From assembly GCA_963737655.1 (NCBI GenBank), contig CAVTTN010000002.1, positions 5,440,001 to 5,504,000 of the forward strand: a DNA stretch of 64,000 nt, written 5' to 3'. The position numbers and the translations under genes were made by a program. Source of the stretch: an uncultured Planctomycetota bacterium (lineage in GTDB: Bacteria > Planctomycetota > Planctomycetia > Isosphaerales > Isosphaeraceae). Below are positions 22,075-32,230 of the stretch, piece after piece; position 1 is the first letter of the stretch, and each line of letters begins with the position of its first letter. The notes beneath the pieces were generated by a model. The model was not told where the DNA came from, searched no databases, and saw nothing but the letters and a program-made list of their open reading frames with translations.

Positions 22075-23432
22075 ATGAGCAGCAACGACCTCTCGCGCCG
22101 CGACTTCGTCGGCGCCGTGGGCGCGACGGCCTCCGCGTCGGCCTTCCTCGCCAGTCCGACCCGATCCTCGGCCTCGCCCGCCGCCGACAAGGTCCGGCTC
22201 GCCCTGATCGGCGCCGGCAGCCGGGGCAACCAGCTCCTCGACCACTTCCTCGCCCGCGACGAGAGCGATTTCCTCTACGTGATCGACGTGGACGACAAGC
22301 ACGCCAGCGAGACCGCCGAACGGATCGCCAAGGCCAAGGGGAACAAGCCGAAGACCGGCAAGGACTACCGCGCCGCCCTCGACGACAAGTCCATCGACGC
22401 CGTGGTGATCGCCACGCCCGACCACTGGCACGCCATCCCCACCATCGACGCCTGCAAGGCCGGCAAGGACGTGTACGTCGAGAAGCCCGTGGCCCACAAC
22501 GTCGCCGAAGGGCAGGCGATGCTCAAGGCGGCGAGGAAGTACGACCGCGTCGTGGCCGTGGGCACCCAGCAGCGCTCCAGCGAGAACTTCCAGAAGGCCG
22601 TCGAGGCGGTGAAGTCCGGCAAGCTCGGCAAGGTCTTCTGGGTCCAGACCTGGAACTTCGAGAACATCAGCCCGGTGGGCATGGGCCGCTACCCCGACAC
22701 CGCCGCTCCCGAAGGGCTCGACTACGACCGCTGGCTCGGCCCCGCGCCAAGAGGCCGTACAACCCCAACCGCTGCCACCTCCTCTTCCGCTGGTTCTTCG
22801 ACTACGCCGGCGGGATGATGAGCGATTGGGGCGTCCACCTCAACGACATCGTCCTCTGGGCGCTCGACCAGAAAGGCCCGCAGTCCGTGACCGCCTCGGG
22901 CGGGATCCTCACCACCGACGACGACCGCGACACGCCCGACACCCTGCAAGTCGTGTACGACTTCCCCGGGTGCGAGCTCACGTACTCGATGAGGAAGGGC
23001 AACGGCCTGCCGTACAACGGCAAGAAGTACGGAATCCTCTTCTGCGGCACGGACGGGGCCCTGATGCTCGACCGCTCGGGCCACGAGATCATCCCCGACA
23101 CGGTCGACCTGCCTTATGGGATCAAGCTCGTCCACGGAGACCGCTCGGTCAGGAAGATCACCCTGGAGAAGTCCGAATTCAAGGCCAAGGACGACGGAGC
23201 CCCGGCCCACGTCGCGAACTTCTTCGAATGCCTCAAGAGCCGAAAGCGCCCCACCACGGACATCGAGATCGGCCACCGCTCCACGATCACCACGCACCTC
23301 GGCAACATCGCCTACAAGCTCGGCCGAAAGCTCAAGTGGGACCCCGAAACCGAGACCTTCCCCAACGACCGAGAGGCCAACGCCCTGCTGTCCCGGGAAG
23401 CCCGCAAGGGGTATGAATTGCCGGAGGTTTGA
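22075..23432 (+). CDS. Gfo/Idh/MocA oxidoreductase with Tat signal (frameshift near 22750)
   Basis: SRRDF, IGAGSRG, ATPDHWH, DVYVEKP, GTQQRS, WLGPAP; second frame GMMSDWGVHLND. Confidence 0.92.
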
Positions 23433-23636
23433 TCGCGGGTTGGCGAGAGGAACCGATTTTCCCCAACGGTTCGCGATCGTTAGCAGTCAGGGATTCATAG
23501 ACCCATATAGCCGTCTGTGGAAGCCCGGGAGGGCAACCTTCCCGGGCGACCCTGCCCCTTCCATCTCTGGATTTCCGCTCGTAGGCAAATGGTAATATCA
23601 ATCTCGTTGCGGACACTGAAGAGGCAAGTGCTGACA

Positions 23637-26306
23637 ATGAAAGATTGGTGGGCCGCTGTGCGTGGGTCTGTCGGCCGGCGCTGGCTTTATTGGTTATTGA
23701 CTGCAATAGTCGTGACTGCGATCGGGTCGCTGCTTCTCCCGGTTTTTCGTTTGAATCCAGAGGCCGTCCACACGTATTTCCACTCTGCGCCGGCCTGGCA
23801 GAGGGTGCTCGTGCTTTTCGTCGCGAGCAGTTCGGCAACATGGGTTCTCGTGAATCTCCTTTCCCCACGGCTCTCGCATCTCCGGCCTGCCGTCTTCATT
23901 CGGCATCCTCCGATATGGACAGCCTGGGCGGCTGCGCTCATCGTCCTTTGTATCCTCGACCTGACCATTGGGCTTGGACCCAGAAGGTTTCAGCCGTCGA
24001 GGTGGGAATGGGCGCTCTACGGTGGCGGCTCGCTTCTGTTCGTCACACTCTACAGGCATCTGGCTCGTCCCCCGAAACCGGCGGCTGCACAGCCGCCGAA
24101 AGCGGCTGTGCAGCCATCAGAGGCCGACGATTTGCCGGAGAGCGAATGGATCCTCGACTGGCCGAGGCTCAAGCAGTGGCTCCTTAACGAGCGACCGTCG
24201 GAGGATGACCTCATCGGCAACCGCCGCGTCGCACGTCGGTTGGCCGAATACCTTAAAGTCCACGGCGGGACGGTGGGCCTCGTGGGGCCGTTCGGGAGCG
24301 GCAAGACGAGCGTGGTATCGTGGCTGAAGGAGGAAGTAAAGCGAGTCAGCACAGAGCCGAAAATCGAGGTCTGGTTCGCGGAGCAGAGTTGCTGGGGGTT
24401 CGAGGACTCCAGTTCGGCAATTCAGCAGATCTTGGCGAAAGCGATTTCGGAGGTCGGTCTCCATGCCGACTGCTTTTCCCTTCGCTCCCTCCCCGAGGCC
24501 TACCGGAAGACCTTTTCCGCAGGTGGCGACTGGCTCCGGACTCTCTCGGATCTGGTTTTCGGGTCGACGGATCCCCTCGAACAGTTTCAGCAGCTCTCCG
24601 ACGTGCTCGAAGCGGTGGATGCACGCCTCGTGCTTGTCATCGAGGATCTGGACCGAACCACGAGCAGCCGCTTCGACCGCCAAGAGATGCTTGCACTCCT
24701 CCAACGGCTACGGGCGACATCGCGGCTCTCCTTCGTTCTCGCCACCGGCCTGGCGTCGGCACGGGATATCGACTTCGCGAAGCTCTGCGATCACATCGAG
24801 ATCATGCCGGAGTTCGGCGCGGAGCCGATCTCTACGATGATCGAGGCCGTTCGCGGCCATTGCCTGGATCAATTCCCGCACATTAGAACGGCAGCAGACA
24901 AGACCCCGTGGCGTGCCACGACGCGCCTACTCCTGCGCAAGCATGATTACATTTTCCCTTCCGACGGTGCGATTTGCCTCCTTCGTACCCCCCGTGCGTT
25001 GAAGCACGCCCTCCGGCGGACATATCAAGCATGGGAAGTACTTCACGGCGAAGTGGATCTCGATCACCTTTTGGGGGTGAACATTCTCCGGAGCGGTGCC
25101 CCCGAGGCGTTCGACTTTCTCCTCCGGCATTGGGGCGACATTCAAGACGATCCAAGCACGTCGCAGTTCAACCGGGACGGAATCACCCAGTTCCGAGAGC
25201 GGATTATCGGGGAATGGCGACGGGTGACGGCGGACGTCGAGTGGGACGTTCGCGCCGCCTCGGCAATCATCCGATTCCTGATCCCGTCGGCCGGAGAGTA
25301 CCTAGGTGAACAAAGGGGATCAGGCGTCAAGCGACTTCAGGGTATCGGTCATGGCCGCTACTGGCGCCGAGTCGTCAACGAAGAGATCGGCCCGGGGGAG
25401 GTACGCGACCAGAAAGTCTTAAAGGACATCGCTGACTGGCAGACGTCGCCAACGGCGGAGGCGCCCCTGATCGCTGGCTTGCGCCAGGGTGGAGACTACG
25501 TGGAGATGTGGGAGCATTTCGCTCCAAGTTCGTTTTGTTATAAACAAAGATTGATCCTGCAACTTGCCGAGCAACTCCTAACCTACTTTAGGACACCGCG
25601 CGGAGTTCGAGTTCGTCTTGATAAGACAAACATCGATCCTGACTATCCCGAAGACTGGTTCGTTGCGGTTTGGAGGTGTGCAAACCGCAAGGTCCCGAAA
25701 GATATTTTTTCGCGAAACTGGCTCGAATCTCAGGTGCGGCTAGCGATGGGATCGAGCCTCTCGCTCGTGAACGATTTATACTCTTATTATGCATCGATTC
25801 AAAACGGAGTCCTCCTGAATGAAGAGACCCGCTCCTACATCCGCGGAGGCATCCACACTCTGGCCCAGGAGCAGCTACGGAGCGGCGAAGATCTCCTAAG
25901 GGTGATCCACCCGGATCTCGCCCACGACGTCTACGAGCTCGTCTTTCCATCGGACGTGGAGAGGCCACCATCCGCGTTCCGTGGCGTGGAGCACTGGGAC
26001 TGGCTAGGCCCCGTCCTCCTAAACACGCTCAAGACGAATCCGGCCAAGGTCGCCCTAAAAGTTGGGATTTTGATTTTGAGCGACCGGCGTGGTGAACAAC
26101 CTGGAATCGTGATCTACGAGATCGACCGTAGCCTGCTGACCCGGTTCTTCGGCGAGGACTCCGACGAGGTGATACGCCTACTGGCCTCGGCGAGCGAGAA
26201 CTTCAACGGTCGTGATCGCGAATTCCTAGAGGAACTCGTTCAGTCCGCGAACGTGCCGCCGGAGTCAAAGGAATCTCAATCCGAGGATGATGCAGTCAGC
26301 ATATAG
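23637..26306 (+). CDS. KAP family P-loop NTPase with N-terminal transmembrane helices
   Basis: About four N-terminal TM helices; Walker A GPFGSGKTS; Walker B LVLVIEDLDR; LRTPRALK; visibly lower GC than flanks. Confidence 0.82.
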   Translation: MKDWWAAVRGSVGRRWLYWLLTAIVVTAIGSLLLPVFRLNPEAVHTYFHSAPAWQRVLVLFVASSSATWVLVNLLSPRLSHLRPAVFIRHPPIWTAWAAALIVLCILDLTIGLGPRRFQPSRWEWALYGGGSLLFVTLYRHLARPPKPAAAQPPKAAVQPSEADDLPESEWILDWPRLKQWLLNERPSEDDLIGNRRVARRLAEYLKVHGGTVGLVGPFGSGKTSVVSWLKEEVKRVSTEPKIEVWFAEQSCWGFEDSSSAIQQILAKAISEVGLHADCFSLRSLPEAYRKTFSAGGDWLRTLSDLVFGSTDPLEQFQQLSDVLEAVDARLVLVIEDLDRTTSSRFDRQEMLALLQRLRATSRLSFVLATGLASARDIDFAKLCDHIEIMPEFGAEPISTMIEAVRGHCLDQFPHIRTAADKTPWRATTRLLLRKHDYIFPSDGAICLLRTPRALKHALRRTYQAWEVLHGEVDLDHLLGVNILRSGAPEAFDFLLRHWGDIQDDPSTSQFNRDGITQFRERIIGEWRRVTADVEWDVRAASAIIRFLIPSAGEYLGEQRGSGVKRLQGIGHGRYWRRVVNEEIGPGEVRDQKVLKDIADWQTSPTAEAPLIAGLRQGGDYVEMWEHFAPSSFCYKQRLILQLAEQLLTYFRTPRGVRVRLDKTNIDPDYPEDWFVAVWRCANRKVPKDIFSRNWLESQVRLAMGSSLSLVNDLYSYYASIQNGVLLNEETRSYIRGGIHTLAQEQLRSGEDLLRVIHPDLAHDVYELVFPSDVERPPSAFRGVEHWDWLGPVLLNTLKTNPAKVALKVGILILSDRRGEQPGIVIYEIDRSLLTRFFGEDSDEVIRLLASASENFNGRDREFLEELVQSANVPPESKESQSEDDAVSI

Positions 26307-26504
26307 GTGACAATGCAAGGCGGGAATTCTAGGTTCCCTTGGATGATAGGGCTGTCCAGGGAAAGCCAGGACGACCTGAGCCGCCCCTTCGCTCTTTGTT
26401 GCCCGGGACGATTCTTGCAAGGACCCGGCCGTGTGGCGAATCCGATTCGTCAAAGGCGGGGATGGCTCCGGGATTGGGAGGCGGCTTGGGACCATCGCTC
26501 GCCT

Positions 26505-26852
26505 TCATTCGAAGGTCGGTTTCAGGATCGCGCTGGTCCCTGGGACGTTGGCCAATCCCCATTCCGCGACCGCTTCCAGGACCGGACCTAGCGTCTTTCC
26601 CTTGGTCGTCAATCGGTAGCGGTCTCGGTGGGGCGGGTCTTCATCTGTGTACTTTTCGACGAGGTCGTTGGCGACCAATCGCTCGAGGCGGTCGGCCAGG
26701 ATGTTCGTGGCGATCTTCTCGGGCGATCGGCAGATCTCGTTGAAGTGACTCTTGCCGCAGGCGAGGTCGCGGACCACCAGCAGCGTCCACTTGTCGCCGA
26801 TCAGGTCCAGCGCACAGGCGACCGGACAGACCGAACGTCGCGCCCTCTTCAT
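26505..26852 (-). CDS. HxlR family winged-helix regulator
   Basis: RRSVCPVACALDLIGDKWTLLVVRDL, IATNILADRL and YRLTTKG motifs. Confidence 0.93.
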   Translation of the reverse strand: MKRARRSVCPVACALDLIGDKWTLLVVRDLACGKSHFNEICRSPEKIATNILADRLERLVANDLVEKYTDEDPPHRDRYRLTTKGKTLGPVLEAVAEWGLANVPGTSAILKPTFE

Positions 26853-26910
26853 GGCGTCCCCTCCGCCTTCGGGAATTCCACCGCACGCCCCCCTTGACTC
26901 TAGCCCGCGA

Positions 26911-26949
26911 ACTTGCAAAATGCAACCGTCATGCTTGCGATTTGCAAGT
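26911..26949. promoter_or_regulatory. Inverted-repeat operator between the divergent HxlR and Fe-S genes
   Basis: ACTTGCAAAATGCAA-N9-TTGCGATTTGCAAGT. Confidence 0.7.
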
Positions 26950-26980
26950 CATCGGTTCCCGTCGAGGGGAGGCGCGTGAG

Positions 26981-28315
26981 ATGGCCCGTCTGGACGACCA
27001 CCCGACCGTTCGTGCCCATCGCGAGAAGGCCCCGGCGCCGGGGCCCGAGGTGCCCCTGGACGCCGCCTGGCTCCGCCGGCTTTGCCTCGAAGCCGGCGCC
27101 GACGACGTGGGGTTCGTCGAGATCGATCGGCCGGAGATCGCGGAGGAACGTCCTTATATTTCGGCCCTGTTCCCCCGGACCCGGACTCTCCTGAGCTTCG
27201 TCTGCCAAATGAACCGCGAGCCGGTCCGGCGCGTCCAGCGATCGGTGGCGAACACCGAGTTCCACCTGGTCGGGCATGAGGTCAACGAGGTCGCCCACCG
27301 GATCGTGAAGGCCCTGGAACAGCACGGGGTGGGGGCCGTGAACCCGCCGATGGGCTTCCCGATGGAGGCCGACCGCTGGCCGGGTCGGATGTGGGTGGTG
27401 TCTCACAAGCCGGTGGCGGTGGCCGCCGGGCTGGGGAGGATGGGCATCCATCGCAATATTATCCACCCTCGATTCGGGAACTTCATCCTGCTGGGGACGA
27501 TCTTGCTGGATTCCCCGGTTTCGGAGTCGTCCAGGCCGACCTCGTACAACCCGTGCCTGGAGTGCAAGCTGTGCGTGGCGGCGTGCCCGGTCGGGGCCAT
27601 CAAGCCGGACGGCCAGTTCGACATGGCTTCGTGTTACAGTCATAATTATCACGAATTCATGGGTGGTTTCATCGAATGGACCGACCACGTGGCCGAGGCG
27701 AAGGACGGCCACGACCTTCGGAAGAGGGTCCCGCCTGCCGAGCAGGTGTCGATGTGGCAAAGCCTGGCGTTCGGGCCGAATTACAAGTCGGGCAATTGCA
27801 TCTCGGTCTGCCCGGCGGGCGAGGAGGTGATCGGGCCGTACCTGGCCGATCGCGGGGGCTTCCTGGACGAGAACGTCACGCCCCTCCAGCGGAACACGGA
27901 GCCGGTTTACGTCGTGCCGGGGTCGGACGCCGAGGGGCACGTGCGGAAGCGGTTCCCTCACAAGAGGGTTCGCCGGGTCCGCGGGACGTTGCTCCCCTCG
28001 ACCATCGAGGGGTTCCTCTCGGGCATCCGCTTCACGTTCCAGAGGGACCAATCGGCCGGGCTGGACGCGGTGTTTCACTTCACGTTCACCGGCTCGGACT
28101 CGTCCCGGGCGACGGTCACGATCCGCGACAAGGCCCTGGACGTCCAGCCCGGCCTGATCGGCTCGGCCGACTGCGCGGTGACCGCCGACGCCGACACCTG
28201 GCTCGGGTTCCTCCGCCGGGAGAAGAGCATCGTCTGGGCGATCGTCCGAAGGAAGGTGCGAGTGCGGGGGACTTTGAAACTCCTGACCGCGTTCGGCAAG
28301 TGCTTCCCGACGTGA
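26981..28315 (+). CDS. QueG/reductive-dehalogenase-like 2x[4Fe-4S] protein fused to a C-terminal SCP2 domain
   Basis: GADDVG, SHKPVAVAAGLGRMG, HPRFGNFILLG, CLECKLCVAACP, NCISVCP; SCP2-like FHFTFTG...ADCAVTADADTW...KVRVRG. Confidence 0.85.
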   Translation: MARLDDHPTVRAHREKAPAPGPEVPLDAAWLRRLCLEAGADDVGFVEIDRPEIAEERPYISALFPRTRTLLSFVCQMNREPVRRVQRSVANTEFHLVGHEVNEVAHRIVKALEQHGVGAVNPPMGFPMEADRWPGRMWVVSHKPVAVAAGLGRMGIHRNIIHPRFGNFILLGTILLDSPVSESSRPTSYNPCLECKLCVAACPVGAIKPDGQFDMASCYSHNYHEFMGGFIEWTDHVAEAKDGHDLRKRVPPAEQVSMWQSLAFGPNYKSGNCISVCPAGEEVIGPYLADRGGFLDENVTPLQRNTEPVYVVPGSDAEGHVRKRFPHKRVRRVRGTLLPSTIEGFLSGIRFTFQRDQSAGLDAVFHFTFTGSDSSRATVTIRDKALDVQPGLIGSADCAVTADADTWLGFLRREKSIVWAIVRRKVRVRGTLKLLTAFGKCFPT

Positions 28316-28375
28316 TCGGGTCTCCTCCTGATGCGGCCCAGTGGCTTGGAGCGGTTCTCGCCTGGATTGCGCACC

Positions 28376-28436
28376 CGTGGGGCGGGCCTCGGCCTGCCGT
28401 CTTCGCGGGCCTCGGCAGGCCGAGGCCTGCCCTACG
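28376..28436. repeat. REP family 3 inverted doublet (GTAGGGCAGGCCTCGGCCTGCC)
   Basis: cgtggggcgggcctcggcctgccg ... cggcaggccgaggcctgccctacg. Confidence 0.78.
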
Positions 28437-28568
28437 AAGACCGGCGTGCGCAACTCGGCCGTGAACTGCTCTCACGTCGAATGGGAACGGGCCGGGTCGC
28501 CCGGGGAGATGGCCCTCCCCGGGCTTCCGCGGAGTCGTCCGCGATTCGGGACCGTCCTGCCAACCGGG

Positions 28569-28702
28569 TCACTTCTCCTGGAACAGCTTGGGCGCGAATT
28601 CGCTGAGGTAGTCTCGCCAGTTCAGCCAGGTGTGGCCGCCGTCGGTGTCGTGGGAGACGACGTCGAACTTGTGCTTCTTGAGCATGTCGGCCGTCGCCTT
28701 GG
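28569..28702 (-). pseudogene. Orphan duplicate of the last ~40 codons of the esterase gene at 30742-31917
   Basis: 28571-28689 is identical by eye to 30744-30862 (DMLKKHKF...KLFQEK); stop is TGA instead of TAA. Confidence 0.85.
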
Positions 28703-28911
28703 GAGAAAGGCGAAGGGGACATTCTTCATTCGGGTGGAGGACCGGGCAATCCCGGTAGACCCAGGGCGGAGAATGCGAGCGAGGCAAGAACTCCGCTCTC
28801 GACCTGCCCTCATCGTCGCCGGCGGGTAGCCTGGATCGTCCGCGACCGGTGCTCCGAGGCCGTCGAGAGAGCATTGGTCGCGGACGACCCGGGTCACCCG
28901 CCGCGGCTCGG

Positions 28912-29532
28912 TCAGGCCTTGCGGCGACGCCGGGCGATCCTGGACAGGCCCGCGCCGCCGATCGCGACCAGCACCATCGACGACGGCTCGGGGACCGAGA
29001 GCGGGGTCGAGGTGAACCCGATCGTGTTGATACCGACGTCGTAGAGGTTGGTGATCGTGAGGGTCAGCGAGGTCCCGGTCTCGCCCGGTGAGTAGGTCGT
29101 GAACGTTGAGGGGCTGGGCATGGCACCGCTCAGGCTGTAGGGCGAGCCACCACCCGTGACCGAGATATCGACGGTCCCATTGGTTCCCGTGATCCCGTTG
29201 TAGGTGGCCAGGTTGAAGCTATCGAGCGTCACCGAGTAGCCCGGCGCGGCGTTGAAGGTCATGACGAACGTGCTGGTGTTGTTGTCGGAGTAGACCGCGT
29301 CGCCCGTCCCTCCGTCCAGCGTGCCGTAGCTGTGAGTGAAGTTGTAGCTGTACTCCGAGTAGCCGATCGAGACGGCCGCGGTGCTGCCGTAGGCGCCGGT
29401 GTTGGGCGTGGCTGTGTCGTTGGGGTCGGCACTTGAAGGCGTGAATTCGATGATGTCGGCGCGGGCGCCGCTGGCGAAGGCCAGCGCGCCGAAAATCAGC
29501 GCGAAACGTGCGACGGCGAATACCTTGGTCAA
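28912..29532 (-). CDS. PEP-CTERM sorting domain protein
   Basis: Signal peptide ending ARA; Ser/Thr/Gly-rich body; C-terminal VPEPSS-TM-RRRRK. Confidence 0.92.
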   Translation of the reverse strand: MTKVFAVARFALIFGALAFASGARADIIEFTPSSADPNDTATPNTGAYGSTAAVSIGYSEYSYNFTHSYGTLDGGTGDAVYSDNNTSTFVMTFNAAPGYSVTLDSFNLATYNGITGTNGTVDISVTGGGSPYSLSGAMPSPSTFTTYSPGETGTSLTLTITNLYDVGINTIGFTSTPLSVPEPSSMVLVAIGGAGLSRIARRRRKA

Positions 29533-29984
29533 GTTGAAGCTCCTGGATCGGGGGTCGGACTCTGATCCTCTGCGAGCGCCCCGCCCTCCCGGACCGCCGA
29601 CGACTTCGCGGTCCGAGAAGGTAGGCGGCCCGGTTTACAGTCCCCCGACGTCGAATCACGGTCATCGTCGCGATCGAATCGACCACGACGGTCGGCCGTC
29701 CACCCACGCGGTGGCATCGCGTCGCCGCGATACATTCATAGCAACTTCACATTTTCAGGGGACATATCGGACATTACATTCGAAGGATGATCGCCTGTCA
29801 AGGGAGGACCTCGAAAGAGGGGACATTACAGCGGTCCCCGGTCCGATGGCGCACGATGGTCTTCGCGGGGCAGGCCTTGGCCTGCCGGCTCCGCTGCTCT
29901 GGAGGAAACCACGGGTCGTGAAGGCGAAGGGGGCATAAGCCGAAGGGGAAATTAGGAACTCCCCTGGATCACTTGGCAATCCCG

Positions 29985-30064
29985 GGCGGGTGGCACTGCT
30001 CGTCCTCGACCAGTGTTCTTCCAATAGAATATACACTGGTCGAGGACGAGCAGTGCCACCCGCC
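29985..30064. repeat. REP family 2 variant inverted doublet
   Basis: ggcgggtggcactgctcgtcctcgaccagtg ... cactggtcgaggacgagcagtgccacccgcc. Confidence 0.82.
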
Positions 30065-30120
30065 GCGATTCGGATCGAGGCTTCAGTTCATGTCGGTCGG
30101 GTGAGGGCCGGGAGGGTCGC

Positions 30121-30526
30121 TCAGGCGTGCTCCCCGCCGCCCTTGCTGATCCTGAAGACGTGGCCGTCGGGGTGGCGGACGTGCATCTCGCGCACGCCCC
30201 ATTCCTCGTCCGTCGGCGGCATGGTGACCTCCAGCCCCCGCTCACGGCAGTGCCGGTGGACGGCGTCGACGTCGTCCACCCAGATCGACATCCAGACGCC
30301 CTTGTCTCCCTGCGGGCCGGAGCCGCTGGTCGTCGAGAGGCCGCTCTTGCCGCGCCCCCCCTGCGCCCTGGCAGAGGAAGATCTCGAAATCGCCGGAGCG
30401 GACCGCGCCGAAGGTCGGGGGCTCGCCCCACTGGAACCCCTTCGTCCAGCCGAGCCGCTCGAACCAGGCGACGCTCTCCGCGAGATTCGAGACGTTCAGG
30501 ATCGGCGTGATCGCCTCGACGATCAT
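30121..30526 (-). CDS. VOC/glyoxalase/bleomycin-resistance family protein (frameshift near 30360)
   Basis: ITPILNVSNLAESVAWFERLG, then WMSIWVDDVDAVH...WGVREMHVRHPDGHVFRIS in a second frame. Confidence 0.88.
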
Positions 30527-30741
30527 GGGCTTCTCCGGGCGTCGTGACCGATTCGGGGATCGTCACGGTTGGTGAGTTTTTCCGGCCCATGGACACGGAA
30601 TGTTGGTTTGGGCGGCGGCGGGCGCCGGGGATCGACGTCTCCGGGTTGCGCGGATCGTCTTCGACCCGGGCCCCGATGCGGCCTTCAAGGCCCGGGCGAG
30701 GGCGATCCGTGGCGATGGGCGCCGTCATTTTCCAAGTCGGT

Positions 30742-31917
30742 TTACTTCTCCTGGAACAGCTTGGGCGCGAATTCGCTGAGGTAGTCTCGCCAGTTCAGCC
30801 AGGTGTGGCCGCCGTCGGTGTCGTGGGAGACGACGTCGAACTTGTGCTTCTTGAGCATGTCGACCGTGGTCTTGGAGGTCTGGACGAGGAAATCGTCCTT
30901 CCCGCAGGCGAACCAGACGAGCTTGGTCCCGGACTTCAGGTCGGCGTTGTCGAGGGTCGATTTGTGGGCGTCTTCCCACTGGGTGTTGGGCTGGCCGTTC
31001 CCTCCGAAACCTCCGGCGATCCCGAGGACTCCCGAGCTGAACACGCCGATGTAGCCGTAATCTTCGAGCTTGTCGAAGGCGACGTTCAGCGTCTGGGCGC
31101 CCCCCATCGACAGCCCGGCGATCGCCCGGTCGGCTCGGCCCGTCTTGGCCCGGTAATTCTTCTCAATGTAGGGGCGGACGTCCCCGGCGAAGTCCTTCGA
31201 GAACTCCTCCATCTGGTTCTGGAAGGAGTTGCCCCCCGGGCCGGACATGAACCGCCCGGTGTGGCCGCCGGGCATCACGACGATCATCGGCTTCGCCTTG
31301 CCCGAGGCGATCAGGTTGTCGAGGATCACCCCGGCCCGGCCCACGGAGTTCCAGGAGTCGTCGGAGTCCATCGCGCCGTGGAGGAGGTAGAACACCGGGT
31401 ACTCGCCCTGGCCCTTGTCGTAGCCCGGGGGCGTGTAGACGTGCATCCGGCGGAACTTCTTCAGGCTCGAGGAGTAATAGGGGACCGACGCCACCGCTCC
31501 GTGAGGGACCTCCTTCAGGTCGAAGGCCTCCGAGCCGGGGACGATGGCAAGGCTCCAGGTATTGGCGTTCGACTCGCTGGTCGCGGGATTGCGAGGATCG
31601 ACCACGGAGACGCCGTCGACCTGGAAATGGTAGCGGTAGGCCCCGGCCGGGACCGGCCCGACGGTCGTTTCCCAGACGCCGTTGTCGGCCTTCTTCATCT
31701 CGGCCGCCGGCCCGAGGCCCGGGATGTCGCTGCTGCCGAGCCTGACCGCCTGCGACTTCGGGGCAAAAATTCGGAACGTGACCTTCCGCTCGGGAGAGAC
31801 CTCGAGCGACGAGAACTCCGGAGGCCGGTTCTGGCCCGGACCTTGCGCGAAGCCGGGCGTCGCCGCGCCCCAGCCGATCATCATCCAGAACGCGAGGAGC
31901 CCCTGGGAACGTCTCAT
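30742..31917 (-). CDS. Secreted esterase (enterochelin esterase-like alpha/beta hydrolase with N-terminal CBM48-like domain)
   Basis: VTFRIFAP, YRYHFQVDG, VYTPPGY, YLLHG, AGLSMGG nucleophile elbow and GGHTW motifs. Confidence 0.92.
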   Translation of the reverse strand: MRRSQGLLAFWMMIGWGAATPGFAQGPGQNRPPEFSSLEVSPERKVTFRIFAPKSQAVRLGSSDIPGLGPAAEMKKADNGVWETTVGPVPAGAYRYHFQVDGVSVVDPRNPATSESNANTWSLAIVPGSEAFDLKEVPHGAVASVPYYSSSLKKFRRMHVYTPPGYDKGQGEYPVFYLLHGAMDSDDSWNSVGRAGVILDNLIASGKAKPMIVVMPGGHTGRFMSGPGGNSFQNQMEEFSKDFAGDVRPYIEKNYRAKTGRADRAIAGLSMGGAQTLNVAFDKLEDYGYIGVFSSGVLGIAGGFGGNGQPNTQWEDAHKSTLDNADLKSGTKLVWFACGKDDFLVQTSKTTVDMLKKHKFDVVSHDTDGGHTWLNWRDYLSEFAPKLFQEK

Positions 31918-32230
31918 GGTTGGACCTCGTCGGGGAGAAGGAGAGGGAGAGGGAGAGCGATTTCCCCCTGAGTGAAGGCGTCATCCGGCCGCTCTCGGGC
32001 CGGTCGTTTCACGGCCGATCCCGGATGATTCCGCGCGATCTTACCAGCGCCCGAGGCGGCCCGATATCGAGTTCTCCGGCCGGGAACGGCGGCTCGATCC
32101 CGGCCACCCGGCGGCTCCGGGATCGAGGGCGATCCGCCCTCCCGGTGCGGTGGCCCCGATTCTCGGGACCTTTCTGGTATGCTCGTCCCCGGGCCCGAGT
32201 CCGTCGGGCGGGCGATGTGCGGAGGGGGCC

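Noticed and set aside
28569..30875. Esterase 3' duplicate as a DGR template/variable repeat pair
   Set aside because: The core is identical, the flanking mismatches are not adenine-specific, and there is no reverse transcriptase in the window.
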